Assembly (NCBI GenBank): GCA_937905825.1
Contig: CALCXM010000039.1
Span: 1,326-65,325, forward strand
Direction of reading: 5' to 3'
Origin: an uncultured bacterium
GTDB lineage: Bacteria > Planctomycetota > UBA1135 > GCA-002686595
Length of the DNA stretch: 64,000 nucleotides
Of this stretch, positions 1-9,685 are shown piece by piece. Under the pieces are notes generated by a model. It made no database searches and was not told the DNA's origin. It saw only the letters and a program-made list of their open reading frames with translations. Every line of letters starts with the position of its first letter. Position 1 is the stretch's first letter. Both the position numbers and the translations under genes were made by a program.

Positions 1-402
1 CGCCGCTGCAGCGTGGGCCGCTTCATGGGCGCGCACCTCCGCGTCGCGGGCTTGCAATGCGCGCACCTCTTCCTGTTCGGCGCTGGTCAACTCCTGCTTC
101 CCGGACGCCGACTTGGCCTCGGAGTCCTTCGCCTCCAAGCCTTCCTGCGCCGCCGTCTCTTCCAGTGCTTGTCCCTGCACGGCGCGCTCCTCTTCGAGGG
201 CCTTCAGACTGGCTGCGGAGAAGCTCGCCGTGTCCGCCCGATCCGGACGAGTTCGGACCTCTGCCTCTTGCGCAAGAGGATCCACCGACGGCTTTCCATC
301 CACAACCCCCGGCGCCACCGGCTGCACGCGAAAATCCAAGGCACGCCCCGGGCGCATGCTCTGGATGAAGTGGTTGGCGGAACTGTTGGCGGGGACGTGC
401 AT
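1..402 (-). CDS. SprA-related family protein (putative metalloprotease-like), C-terminus runs off the window edge
   Basis: Not in the ORF track because it is open at the edge. Hand translation of the minus strand from ATG 402-400 gives MHVPANSSANHFIQSMRPGRALDF...KQELTSAEQEEVRALQARDAEVRAHEAAHAAAA. The E-rich segment followed by RDxEVRAHExAH is the signature I recall for the SprA-related family (PF12118). In-frame stop upstream at 517-519. Confidence 0.5.
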   Translation of the reverse strand, partial: MHVPANSSANHFIQSMRPGRALDFRVQPVAPGVVDGKPSVDPLAQEAEVRTRPDRADTASFSAASLKALEEERAVQGQALEETAAQEGLEAKDSEAKSASGKQELTSAEQEEVRALQARDAEVRAHEAAHAAAA

Positions 403-623
403 CGGTCTACCCACCCTTGTTCGGAGATTGCGATTCCCCAACTGGTCGCCAAATGCACGGAATGTGCTCGAAACAAGCGGAGTCGCCTCCAGTCGGAGCC
501 AACCCGCCTTTTTCGATCAGCAGGGTCCGCTTGATCTGCGATCAGAGGGCTCTGCCTGTCTGCGGGATCAGGCTGCGGAAGCTGGAGCCCCTGCCTGAAA
601 GGCCGGGACCCCAGCTCCTTTTC

Positions 624-1136
624 CTAGTAGTCGTCCGAGGCCTGGTCTGCCCGGAATTCGATCTCGTCTTCGGTGAGCGTCTTGCCCAGCTCTAGGCGAC
701 TCCCGACCAAGGAACGGATGTACTGCAACACGACTTTGGCTCTGCCTATGTTGTCTGGTTGCGAGGACCACTCCGCGCTGGCGGGATCCAAGGGCCGCGC
801 GAGGTTGTTGTTCGACTCTTGCTCAACGCGCACGTCCAAGAGCAGTTTGCCGGGAGTCTCAGCACGCTTGAAGCGGATGTAAACCCGCTCGCGAATGCCA
901 TGGCCCCGGAAGGGCTGCAGGTCCATGTCCCAGCCGCTGACCGCCACGTTGGTCTTCGGATCGAAGCCACGGTGGACAATCGGGAAGCCGTTCTTTTGCA
1001 AGGCCATGCGCGAGACCTCCCACAGTCGTTGATTGCTGCAAAGAGGAATCTCCTCCGGCGCCCAATTCTCCGTGAAGGTCTGGCAAGAGGACAGGAGCGG
1101 CACGCAAGCAAAGAGCAAGAGGATGATTCGATTCAT
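624..1136 (-). CDS. hypothetical lipoprotein
   Basis: Internal ATG (cat at 1134-1136) of ORF 624..1382 gives MNRIILLLFACVPLLSSCQ, a signal peptide with lipobox L-S-S-C. Lies directly downstream of der on the same strand. No recognisable domain. Confidence 0.6.
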   Translation of the reverse strand: MNRIILLLFACVPLLSSCQTFTENWAPEEIPLCSNQRLWEVSRMALQKNGFPIVHRGFDPKTNVAVSGWDMDLQPFRGHGIRERVYIRFKRAETPGKLLLDVRVEQESNNNLARPLDPASAEWSSQPDNIGRAKVVLQYIRSLVGSRLELGKTLTEDEIEFRADQASDDY

Positions 1137-1239
1137 GGACAGTCGCTTGTGGGGCTGTGGGAGAAACATGCGGGGCCTTGTGCGCTCAGGTCTGGAGGAT
1201 TCACAAAGGGCTGCAGAATGCACAGCGACCCCATCCCGG

Positions 1240-2592
1240 CTAGGCCTCTTCTTCGTCTCCGCGGTCACGCAGCACGATACGGACGGGGACCTCGTCGAAG
1301 CCCAGGTCCTGACGCAGACGGTTTTCGAGGTAGCGCATGTAGGCCTTACCGAACAAGCGCTTGTCGTTAACGAACAGAACAAAAGTAGGCGGAGAAGTTT
1401 CCACCTGGGTGGCGTACTTGATGTTGGCCCGGTACCCGCGGGAACTAGGGCTGCGGGCCTCCAGAGCGCTCTTCAGCACGCGGTTCAGTTCGCCGGTGCT
1501 CACTCGCCGCGAGGAGGCTTCGAACAGCTCCTCGGCCAGCTGCAGCAGCTCGTTGACCCCCTCGTTGTTCTTGGCGGACAGGAAGGCAACCGGTGCCCAA
1601 GCGAGACCTGGCAGTTGCTCGTCGATGTACTTCCGGAAGTCCTCGGGCTCAAAGCCATCGACCAAGTCCCACTTGTTCGCGGCCAGGATGACCGGCTTGT
1701 GATGGTCGATCACGTAACGCGCCAGGCGTTTTTCGATTCCGGAGAAACGTTCGGTCACATCGAACAAGAGCACCGTCACGTCTGCGCGGCGCACGCCCTT
1801 GTGGCTGCGCGCATCGCTGTAGAACTCGATGGCATCTGCCAGGCTCGACTTCTTGCGCAGGCCTGCTGTGTCAATCGCCACAAAGCGCCGACCGTCCCGT
1901 TCGAAGATCACGTCCACCGCGTCCCGGGTCGTTCCCGGAATCTCGGAGACGATCATGCGTTCTTCCCGGGCCAGGTTGTTGATCAAGGTCGACTTGCCCG
2001 CGTTGCGCCGGCCAACCACCGCCAGCTTCATCACCGCTTGAGTCACCGGACGTTCATCGAACTCGGTGCCGGGCAGCAGCTCGACGATCTTCTCGTAGAG
2101 CTCGGTCAAGCCTTCGCCGTTTTGTGCGCTGATGTAGAAGGCGTCTTCCCCCACTCCAAGAGCCAGGAACTCCTCCGCGCCCCAACGCAGCTTCTCGCCC
2201 TCGACCTTGTTGACCACCATCAAGACCGGAATCTTCACCGAACGCAAGCGCGAGGCGACTTCGCGATCCAAGGGGGTGATCCCATCGCGCACGTCGACCA
2301 CGAAGAGCACGAGCTCGGCCACGGCAAGGGCGCCTCTGATTTGCTCCTCCACGTGCGGACCCAGATCATCGCGGTCCACAATGCCGATGCCACCCGTGTC
2401 GATCACTTCGATCCAGTGCTCCGGCGATCCGTTGAACAGCCGAGCGGGAACGGAGATGCGGTCACGGGTCACCCCGGCGGTGGGCTCCACGATGGAGACC
2501 CGACTGCCGCACATGCGGTTCAGTAGGGTGGACTTGCCGACGTTCGGGCGGCCGACGATGGCGACGCGACGCAGTTTCGTTTCGGTGGTCAC
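1240..2592 (-). CDS. der: ribosome-associated GTPase Der/EngA (double GTPase domain)
   Basis: Two G domains: RRVAIVGRPNVGKSTLLNRM...DTGG and KLAVVGRRNAGKSTLINNL...DTAG, followed by a KH-like C-terminus. The 5' part of the track ORF (to 2784) overlaps queE and is not Der-like. GTG at 2592 (VTTETKLRRVAIVG) chosen as start; exact start uncertain. Confidence 0.9.
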   Translation of the reverse strand: MTTETKLRRVAIVGRPNVGKSTLLNRMCGSRVSIVEPTAGVTRDRISVPARLFNGSPEHWIEVIDTGGIGIVDRDDLGPHVEEQIRGALAVAELVLFVVDVRDGITPLDREVASRLRSVKIPVLMVVNKVEGEKLRWGAEEFLALGVGEDAFYISAQNGEGLTELYEKIVELLPGTEFDERPVTQAVMKLAVVGRRNAGKSTLINNLAREERMIVSEIPGTTRDAVDVIFERDGRRFVAIDTAGLRKKSSLADAIEFYSDARSHKGVRRADVTVLLFDVTERFSGIEKRLARYVIDHHKPVILAANKWDLVDGFEPEDFRKYIDEQLPGLAWAPVAFLSAKNNEGVNELLQLAEELFEASSRRVSTGELNRVLKSALEARSPSSRGYRANIKYATQVETSPPTFVLFVNDKRLFGKAYMRYLENRLRQDLGFDEVPVRIVLRDRGDEEEA

Positions 2593-2671
2593 TAGGAGAA
2601 TGGCGATGGGAGATCGGGGCCCACAAGAAGTTGCGGAACCCACGCAGAGTACGGGGGGAGGAAGAGCGGCG

Positions 2672-3457
2672 CTAGCGGAGCCCGAGTAGCGCGTGAACTT
2701 GGGGAAGGACCCGAGTCGAAAGGCCGCGGGATTGGGCCATTTCCACCAGAAGGTCGAGGGTTTTGCTGTCGGCAGCTTGGACATCGCGCAGGGGCGTGAC
2801 GGACTGCAAGTAAAGCGGCAGGTCCGCGGCTAACTCGCGCACATCGTCCAGCAGCTCGCTGTAGTCCTGGGCCTCGGGGCCAGCGGCCACCACCAACTTG
2901 AGGCAGGCATCACGGTCCGCCAAGAGCGCCAACACAGCGCGGCGCGCCAGGCGCCATTGGACCGCATCGCGCGGAGCTTCCTCGAAGTCACGCAAGGCGC
3001 TCTGCAAGGGCACCGGTGTCTGCATGTCTCCAGGCAGCTTGAGGTCTGCGCTGACGTGGTCGACCTGGTCCAAGAGGCGCTCCAGGGTGCGCGGGAAGGC
3101 CCCCGCCGTTTCCAAGTGCAGCCTAGCTCCGGGCAGTAGCTTGCGCAGCTGCTCCACCAGGCCCGGCCACATGAGCGGCTCGCCTCCGGTCAGGCTGACG
3201 CTGCGCCGGCCCAACGGATCGAGTTCGCGGACGCGCTCCGCCACCTCCTGGGCCGTGCACCAACTGCGCACGGGATCCGCGCTCCAATCCGTGCCCTGCT
3301 TGCTGTCGCTGGGCAGCCCCCAGGTTTGTGGGGTGTCGCACCAACGGCAGCGCAGGGGGCAACCATCCACCCGAACGAACACTTGAGGCTGCCCGACGAA
3401 CAGTCCTTCCCCTTGGATGGAGGCGAACACTTCGTGAATTGGGTAGCGGGAGTCCAT
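2672..3457 (-). CDS. queE: 7-carboxy-7-deazaguanine synthase QueE (radical SAM)
   Basis: MDSRYPIHEVFASIQGEGLFVGQPQVFVRVDGCPLRCRWCDTPQTW is the QueE N-terminal signature with the CxxxCxxC-type cluster motif. Start ATG confirmed at 3457-3455. Confidence 0.85.
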   Translation of the reverse strand: MDSRYPIHEVFASIQGEGLFVGQPQVFVRVDGCPLRCRWCDTPQTWGLPSDSKQGTDWSADPVRSWCTAQEVAERVRELDPLGRRSVSLTGGEPLMWPGLVEQLRKLLPGARLHLETAGAFPRTLERLLDQVDHVSADLKLPGDMQTPVPLQSALRDFEEAPRDAVQWRLARRAVLALLADRDACLKLVVAAGPEAQDYSELLDDVRELAADLPLYLQSVTPLRDVQAADSKTLDLLVEMAQSRGLSTRVLPQVHALLGLR

Positions 3458-3602
3458 GGTCGTTGGTGGGCGGGTGCAGTCTGGGCAAGCGAACGGTTTT
3501 GGTTCGTGCGCTGCGTGATCGGTTGCTGGGAGATGGATTCTTCGAGCACTGAGCGCGCGCGAGGCGCGGGCAAGTTCTGCGGATCTGGAAACGCCAAAGA
3601 CC

Positions 3603-3642
3603 CCGTCGTTTCCGTGGACCAACGGGTCCTCGGAAACGACGG
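3603..3642 (-). terminator. strong hairpin between the small-basic-protein gene and queE (terminator/attenuator-like, no U tract)
   Basis: CCGTCGTTTCCG (3603-3614) pairs perfectly with CGGAAACGACGG (3631-3642). The loop contains a further GGACC/GGTCC pairing, giving about 17 bp in total. No flanking T/A run, so not a canonical intrinsic terminator. Confidence 0.35.
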
Positions 3643-3696
3643 AGTCTGGCTAGTGCGCAGTGCCTGTTTGGGCCCGCAAGGGCCCGGACAGACGGA

Positions 3697-3951
3697 CTAC
3701 TTCTTGGCTCCCTTAGCGGGCTTCCCTTTCTTGGCTGCGAGCGCGTCTTCGCGCTCCTTCTCGAGGGCCTTGGCTTTCTTGCCGGAGGTCACCTTGAACT
3801 TGGTGCGGACTTTGGGCAGGCCGTAGGCAGAATCGGCCTGCGGGTCGAAGCGGCCGTCCTTCTTGAGCTTGGCGATGCGCTCGACGCGGGTAAGAACTGA
3901 ACGCTCACCGACGAGGGTGTTGACGCCGCGAAGACTGGAGTGAATGGTCAT
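3697..3951 (-). CDS. small basic protein (resembles the PVC-type 'small basic protein' family, TIGR04137 from memory)
   Basis: 84 aa, lysine/arginine-rich: MTIHSSLRGVNTLVGERSVLTRVERIAKLKKDGRF...KKGKPAKGAKK. Clean ORF with coding-like composition. Confidence 0.65.
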   Translation of the reverse strand: MTIHSSLRGVNTLVGERSVLTRVERIAKLKKDGRFDPQADSAYGLPKVRTKFKVTSGKKAKALEKEREDALAAKKGKPAKGAKK

Positions 3952-4061
3952 TGGAATCGAAAGGACTCGAAAAAAAGGAAAACGAAAGGAGCGCCCAGGT
4001 GGGCTGACGAATGCCCGAGAGGGGCGTTGGCAGCCGGGTCGGGCGTTGAATGGTTGGGTTG

Positions 4062-4931
4062 TTAGGGAGTGCCGAGGCGGTACTCGTCGTCAATCTGGGC
4101 TTCGATGTTCACGAAGTAGGCGGAGCTAAAGGCACCGACTTGGTTGCCCGGGGGCGGACCGGGCATGGCTTGCAAGGCGGCTTGAATGGCTTCGATCTCG
4201 GCATTGAGAGTCGGGGCGGCTCCCACGCAGATGAATTGGATCTCTCCTTGGGTGATCGGCGCGACCGCTGGCAAGCCCGAGGCGAGCAGGTACTCGTAGG
4301 TGATGTTCGCCAACTTGTTTCCACGCTCCGTCGCCGGAAACTCGATGGCTCGCACGGACAAGCGGCTCTTGCGATCGAGGAAGGCGCGATCCGCAGCGGT
4401 CAGGTTGGATTCATCCAGGGTCGGATCCTGGTAGGTCCGAACTGCGGCAAGAGCTCCATCCGGGTCCCCCGAATAGGCCATTTCGCCAATCCCTGGGCCA
4501 GAAGCCTGAGTCTCATTCGGAGAGGAGAACCAGCGACCGAGGAAGAACATGGCCAGCATGGCCACGAGCACCCCGAGGACCAAGACGGGCAGTTGAAGCT
4601 GGGAAAGCTTGACTCCTTTGCCTCCGCCGGAAAGCGCCCGACGCAAGGAAGAGTCGGAGGGCTCCGGGGAGCCGGACATCAGATCCTTGGGATGGATGTG
4701 CACGTCCGGGCGAACCGCCGGTTGAGCAGTGACCGGCTTGGTCGTTCCAGCGAAGGGTCCGCCAACGCCAACCGAATCGTCTGAATCCTCTGCCCCTGCA
4801 CCCGTCGCCCCCGGAGCGGCGGCCGCATAGGCGGTCGACCCTTCGGCAGCTTCAGCTGCGGCTTGCCTGGCCTTTTCGGCCTTTGCGGAGGCTTGGAAAG
4901 CCTCGAGCATGTTGGGTTTTCGAGGAGACAT
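4062..4931 (-). CDS. hypothetical single-pass membrane protein
   Basis: 289 aa. Ala/Glu-rich N-terminus, one TM segment (LPVLVLGVLVAMLAMFFLG), about 150-aa C-terminal extracytoplasmic domain. No motif recognised. Confidence 0.55.
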   Translation of the reverse strand: MSPRKPNMLEAFQASAKAEKARQAAAEAAEGSTAYAAAAPGATGAGAEDSDDSVGVGGPFAGTTKPVTAQPAVRPDVHIHPKDLMSGSPEPSDSSLRRALSGGGKGVKLSQLQLPVLVLGVLVAMLAMFFLGRWFSSPNETQASGPGIGEMAYSGDPDGALAAVRTYQDPTLDESNLTAADRAFLDRKSRLSVRAIEFPATERGNKLANITYEYLLASGLPAVAPITQGEIQFICVGAAPTLNAEIEAIQAALQAMPGPPPGNQVGAFSSAYFVNIEAQIDDEYRLGTP

Positions 4932-5171
4932 GGGAGATGGACGCTAGGAAGACGGGACAGTGCAGCGCGCGCGGCGCTAGGAAGAGAACCTAAAAGAGAC
5001 TGTCCGGGCTTGGGAGGGACCGCAGTGCATGTCGGGTTGTCAAGAACAAGCCGCGGGCGATGGGCCACCGTCCGGGCACAAACGGGCGCGTATCGTAGAC
5101 ATATCCGGGAGGTGGGTCAATGCGTCCAGTCTCGACTGGAAGCCGGGGATTTTCTAGGGGAGAATGGCCCC

Positions 5172-7025
5172 ATGCACATCCCCCCCTTCTGGTCCTGGTC
5201 TCTGCTCTTGCTCGTCGCCTGCTCCGACTCCAACTCCAAGGATTCGGCCCGACCCGGGACGGGCGCAAACTCCCCCACGAGCGCCCCTCAATCGGCCGAA
5301 ACCGCCACTCCAAGCCCCTGGAAGGGCCTCTGGCCCGATGAAGCGGCGGCACGCGGGCTCGACCACACGAACGCTTCCGGCGGTTCTCTGAAGGCCACGA
5401 TCCTGGAGGCCGGCGGCGCCGGGGTGGCCCTCCTGGACCTGCAGGACGACGGCGATTTGGACGTGGTTTTTGCCCAGGGATTGAACAGTTTGCGCCAGGC
5501 CACCGAGGGCCCCGGGGCGGATTTGGAAGTTTACCTGAACGACGGGACCGGAAAGTTCACCAGGGGCCCCGGCCCTGGTCTCAACGGATGGTGGACCGGA
5601 CTGGCCACCGGAGACATCAACGGCGACGGCCGCACGGACATGGTGGCGGGCGGACTCGGCGGTCTGGAGGTGCTGATCCAGAACGATCAGGGCTCCCTCG
5701 AGTCCTGGCAATCCCTGCTCTCCGTGGAAGACGCCGAAGTCCTGATCCCCGGAGAGGAGCGCCCCTTTGGGCTACCGCCGGAATGGATCACGAGCTTGGC
5801 GCTCTTCGACGCGGACGGCGACGGACAGCTCGACCTGTACGCGGGTCACTACCTTGACTTCGACCCGCTCAATCCGTCCATCGACGAGATCCACGACGGT
5901 TCACTCGCGGTCCCCTGCGAGTGGAAGGGGCACACGGTGTACTGCGGCCCACGGGGTTTGAAGCCTCAGGCGGATCGCTTCTACAAGGGCTCGGGCAAGG
6001 GCGGATTCGTGCAGAAGCTGGAGTGGCTGCCCGAGCATCAGGCGGGCTTCACCTTGGCCCTCTTGCCAACGGATGCAGATGGCGACGGAGACACGGATTT
6101 GTTGGTGGCCAATGACAGCTCCGCCAACTTGCTCTTGATCAACGACGGCACCGGCGTGTTGCGTGACCACGGCTACGAAGCGGGCATCGCTTTCTCCGCC
6201 GACGGAAACCCCGAAGCCGGCATGGGCCTCGCCGCAGGCGACGTCAACCGGGATGGTGTCTTTGACTACGCGGTCACCAACTTCAGCGAAGAACCAAGCG
6301 CCTTGTACTTCGGCTCCCCCATCGGCTTTAGCAACGAAACGTTCCGCTATGGCTTGGGACGTCAATCCCGTGAGCTGCTCTCTTGGAGCGTGCACCTCGA
6401 GGACTTCGACGGGGACGGCTGGCTCGAGCTGTTCACCGCCAACGGACACGTGTTCCCCCAAGCGGACGAAGAGCTGACGGGCACCTCCTACAAACAAGCG
6501 GACTCCCTGTGGAAGTTGGGCCCCGCCGCCCAAGCGATCCCCTACACAAGCGACAACCCCAAGTCGATCTTCGGCAGGCCTTCTGCAACTCGCGGAAGTG
6601 CGATCGGCGACGTGAACGGAGATGGACGGCCCGACTTGGTCTTGAACACCATCGATGGACCCTGCGTCTTGGGCATCAACGACACGGGCCAGGACAACCA
6701 TCGATTGCTGGTGGCCTTGGAAGGCCCGCCTAAATCCCTCGAGCGCAGCAAGACTCCGCGGGACGCCATGGGCGCGCGAGTCGTTGTGGTGATCGATCAA
6801 GGCGCTGGAGAGTTCGCGCTGATCAAGGAACTGCAAACCTGCCAGGGCTACCAGTCGAGCTCTAGCCCTGTCTTGCACTTTGGATTGGGACAGGTGGAAA
6901 GCTACAAGTCCTTGAAAGTGATCTGGCCCTCGGGGGAAGTCACGGAACTGCCGGCCGGCCCCGCGGATCGGACTTTGCACATCACGGAAGGCAAGGGAAT
7001 CACCAAGCAGGAGACTTGGAAGTGA
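5172..7025 (+). CDS. CRTAC1-family FG-GAP/VCBS repeat lipoprotein with ASPIC/UnbV C-terminal domain
   Basis: Start ATG 5172 gives MHIPPFWSWSLLLLVACSDS (lipobox LVAC). Repeated Ca-binding FG-GAP loops: DLQDDGDLDV, DINGDGRTDMV, DADGDGQLDLY, DADGDGDTDLLV, DVNRDGVFDY, DFDGDGWLELF, DVNGDGRPDLV. C-terminal UnbV/ASPIC signature: GARVVVV...QGYQSSSSPVLHFGLG...VIWPSG. Confidence 0.85.
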   Translation: MHIPPFWSWSLLLLVACSDSNSKDSARPGTGANSPTSAPQSAETATPSPWKGLWPDEAAARGLDHTNASGGSLKATILEAGGAGVALLDLQDDGDLDVVFAQGLNSLRQATEGPGADLEVYLNDGTGKFTRGPGPGLNGWWTGLATGDINGDGRTDMVAGGLGGLEVLIQNDQGSLESWQSLLSVEDAEVLIPGEERPFGLPPEWITSLALFDADGDGQLDLYAGHYLDFDPLNPSIDEIHDGSLAVPCEWKGHTVYCGPRGLKPQADRFYKGSGKGGFVQKLEWLPEHQAGFTLALLPTDADGDGDTDLLVANDSSANLLLINDGTGVLRDHGYEAGIAFSADGNPEAGMGLAAGDVNRDGVFDYAVTNFSEEPSALYFGSPIGFSNETFRYGLGRQSRELLSWSVHLEDFDGDGWLELFTANGHVFPQADEELTGTSYKQADSLWKLGPAAQAIPYTSDNPKSIFGRPSATRGSAIGDVNGDGRPDLVLNTIDGPCVLGINDTGQDNHRLLVALEGPPKSLERSKTPRDAMGARVVVVIDQGAGEFALIKELQTCQGYQSSSSPVLHFGLGQVESYKSLKVIWPSGEVTELPAGPADRTLHITEGKGITKQETWK

Positions 7026-8131
7026 ATCTCCTCCTCTATCTTTGCGCGTGGCTCGTGCTGCAAACTCCCGCGCAGACCCGCGCAGAAGTTCGCGAGCGCT
7101 GGCTCGAATCGATCGAACTCGACATGCCTTCCGACGTGGTACGCGAGGCCCGCGAGCGCATGGGGAAAGATGCCGAGTTCAAGCAGGATGGTCAGGCCTT
7201 GGCGCTCTACGCCCGCGCCCTCTCCGCCACCGGTGGCGAAGCACTGGCGTTTGAACTCTTGGACAAGGCCCAGGTTTCAAAAGCAGAAGAGCCCTACGTG
7301 CAGTTGGCCTTGGCTCGCTTGGAGTTGCTCAAGGACGACCTGGACGGACTGCTACGACGTTTGAGCACAGGCAAGCAGCTGAGCTCCAACCCGCCAGCGA
7401 GCGCCGCGGAGCAAGACGCCATCGTGCGTTATCCGCAACACGCGGACAGCTGGTGGCTGCTGGGCAAGGCACAAGCGCGCATGGGGCAAGCGGAGCGCGC
7501 CGCGCCTTACCTGCAACGCTTCGTTCAAACCTGGCGCATGCATCCCGAGGCCCCCGCCGCGTGGCACCAACTCTCCCAACTGGCTTTGGCACGCAGGGAT
7601 CTCGAGTCGGCCAAGAAGTACCGCGAGCAAGGACAGAACCTCTCCACGTGGCATGGCTACTACAAGACGCGGCGCTTGCAAGCCCAGCGCAATCCGCAAG
7701 ACGCCCTGCCGCGCTTCGGACTGGCGCAGCTTTGGTCCAGCGTCCAGGAGTATGCAAGAGCCAACCAGGAAATTGAACGCTGCCTTGCGCTGGACGCGGA
7801 GTTCGCGCGGGGTTGGGCTCTCAAGGGCGAGCTCGAACGCAAGCAGAACCGCATGGATTCCGCACGAGCTGCCTACACGCGCGCCTTGGAACTGGACGGG
7901 AGCTTGGGGGACGCGCGCTACAACCGAGCCTTGCTCGCTTTGCAAGCGGGCTTGAAAGAGCTCGCCGAACAAGACCTCAGCACCCTCGTCGACGGCCCCG
8001 AGTCAAGCGCTGAACGCTACCTCGGCGCGCACCTCAGCCTGGCTCGCCTGCTAGAGGACCTCGGTCGCCAAGCGGACGCCGAGGTTCGATTCGCGCGCTA
8101 TCGGCAACTGGGTGGGAAGGATGCCCTGTAG
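7022..8131 (+). CDS. TPR repeat protein, translationally coupled to the upstream CRTAC1 gene
   Basis: GTG 7022 overlaps stop TGA 7023-7025 (GTGA). N-terminal hydrophobic segment NLLLYLCAWLVLQTPAQ. TPR-like helices throughout (e.g. WWLLGKAQARMGQAERAAPYLQRFV, GWALKGELERKQNRMDSARAAYTRALELD). Confidence 0.75.
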   Translation: MNLLLYLCAWLVLQTPAQTRAEVRERWLESIELDMPSDVVREARERMGKDAEFKQDGQALALYARALSATGGEALAFELLDKAQVSKAEEPYVQLALARLELLKDDLDGLLRRLSTGKQLSSNPPASAAEQDAIVRYPQHADSWWLLGKAQARMGQAERAAPYLQRFVQTWRMHPEAPAAWHQLSQLALARRDLESAKKYREQGQNLSTWHGYYKTRRLQAQRNPQDALPRFGLAQLWSSVQEYARANQEIERCLALDAEFARGWALKGELERKQNRMDSARAAYTRALELDGSLGDARYNRALLALQAGLKELAEQDLSTLVDGPESSAERYLGAHLSLARLLEDLGRQADAEVRFARYRQLGGKDAL

Positions 8132-8144
8132 GGCATTCGGCTTC

Positions 8145-8311
8145 CTAGAGGTCTGGCCGACAAGGGGCGGTTTCTCGATCGGGTTCCACGGATCGACGGG
8201 CAAGGCGCCGGGTTCCCCACATAGTTGAAGCTATATGGGGGTTCAGGCAACGCAGCCGGGCGGTTCGTGGGAGCCGAGCGAGGGATCGCCCCTTGTCGGC
8301 CGGGCCTCTAG
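8145..8311. repeat. 25-nt imperfect inverted repeat enclosing about 117 nt, between convergent TPR genes
   Basis: CTAGAGGTCTGGCCGACAAGGGGCG (8145-8169) versus the reverse complement of 8287-8311 (CTAGAGGCCCGGCCGACAAGGGGCG), 23/25 identical. An inner near-palindrome CCCCACATAG/CTATATGGGG sits in the spacer. Confidence 0.6.
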
Positions 8312-8313
8312 CT

Positions 8314-9609
8314 CTACTTCAGCTCAGCTAGCAGCGCCCCCGTGGCGCTGACCCATTCCCCTTCGGGATCGCGCACGATGTAGGCCTCGAGGACCTGCTT
8401 CGCGGCATTTGCGTCCCCCGCCTTGTACAGTGCTTTGGCGAGGAAGATGTGAATCGGATCGGGCAGGGCCAGCTGCTCCGCGATGGCCACGTCGAGCACT
8501 TCGCGGTAGTGGGTCGCGGCGGGCAGGTACTTCTCTTGCTGGAAGAGCACCGCGGCCAGTTGGGTTTTGACCACGAGCGAGTCCGGGTCGTAGGACAAGG
8601 CCCGTTCGAATTGGATGCGCGCTAAATCCAAGTTTCCAGCGCGAAAGGATTCCACTCCCCCATTCATGGCGAGCTTGGCGGCGGCGGCCAGTTGATCCGC
8701 GCCGGAGCCCAGCTCGTCATCCGAAAGGCCCGCAGCGCGCGCCATGCGAAAGTAGTCGAGGGAAGCCTCCTTCCTACCGAGCACCAGCTCTCCGAGAGCG
8801 GCCCGCTTGTACATCAGGGACAACTCGCTCTTGCGGTCGAGTCCTTCGATTTGCAGCTCTTCAAGCACCTTAACCGCGTCCGGATATTCGCCGTTCGAGG
8901 CCAACACGTCGGCGAAGAAAAGGCGCGCGTCGATGTCCAATGAATCGAGTGAGAGCGACAGCTTGGCCAACTCGAGGGCCGCTTGGGGACGTTGCTCGGA
9001 GAGCGCGACCTTGGCCAACAACAGGTACCCCTGGGCCCGCGGGCGCACCGTGAACGGCAGGCTCTTGTCGTAGCTCAAAGCGCGCAGGAACAAGTCGATC
9101 CCCTGCTGGGCCCGGCCTTGCTTGCAGATCATCAGGACCCCTTGAGCCCGCAAGAGTTCCGGGGAGGCGCCGCAGGCCTCCAGTCCGCGGGTCAACTCGC
9201 TTGCTGCGGTCTCGAGGCGCCCGGAGGCCGCGTGCAATTCGGCGGCGGTGGCGTAGACCCGTGCATCCGTCGGGGCCGCCGCTCGCGCTTTCTCGATCAG
9301 GGGCGTGACGTCCACGTCGCGGCTCTCCAAGGTGGCCAGGCGCGCGAGCAAGAGAGGGTGCTCAATGCCCAACTCCAAGGGATCGACCTTCTCCAGCAGT
9401 TCGACGGCATCGCGGTGCAATCCAAGGTCCAGGGCCATGCGCAGGGCCTGCACGTCGGGGCTGCGAAAGCGTTGCACCGCTTGCTTGACCGGCGCGCCTC
9501 CAGCAGCGTGCGCGGAGGAAGTGCCGGTCTGGGCCTCTTCAGAGTCGCCCCCACAGGCGATCAGGAGGAATGGGAGCAGGCTGAGGAGGAGGCGGAGGCT
9601 GTGTCTCAT
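8314..9609 (-). CDS. TPR repeat lipoprotein
   Basis: Internal ATG (cat 9607-9609) gives MRHSLRLLLSLLPFLLIACGGD (lipobox LIAC). Multiple TPR-like repeats (e.g. YLLLAKVALSEQRPQAALELAKLSLSLD, FLAKALYKAGDANAAKQVLEAYI). Confidence 0.75.
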   Translation of the reverse strand: MRHSLRLLLSLLPFLLIACGGDSEEAQTGTSSAHAAGGAPVKQAVQRFRSPDVQALRMALDLGLHRDAVELLEKVDPLELGIEHPLLLARLATLESRDVDVTPLIEKARAAAPTDARVYATAAELHAASGRLETAASELTRGLEACGASPELLRAQGVLMICKQGRAQQGIDLFLRALSYDKSLPFTVRPRAQGYLLLAKVALSEQRPQAALELAKLSLSLDSLDIDARLFFADVLASNGEYPDAVKVLEELQIEGLDRKSELSLMYKRAALGELVLGRKEASLDYFRMARAAGLSDDELGSGADQLAAAAKLAMNGGVESFRAGNLDLARIQFERALSYDPDSLVVKTQLAAVLFQQEKYLPAATHYREVLDVAIAEQLALPDPIHIFLAKALYKAGDANAAKQVLEAYIVRDPEGEWVSATGALLAELK

Positions 9610-9685
9610 GAATGGCAGGGGGGAGCTCGAATCAGGGGCGCACAAGTTAGCGCGCCCGGGGCCCGCTGACGGTAAGATTCGCCCC

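Noticed and set aside
1033-2526. 497-aa + strand ORF opposite der
   Set aside because: Der motifs (two GKS/T P-loops, DTGG/DTAG) are unambiguous on the minus strand. The + frame has no features.
4062-4931. Single-pass membrane protein considered as the missing TonB/TolA-like partner
   Set aside because: It has a 110-aa cytoplasmic N-terminus before the TM and no Pro-rich or Lys/Glu-Pro spacer. Its C-terminus does not resemble the TonB C-terminal domain. It lies 19 kb from exbBD on the other strand.
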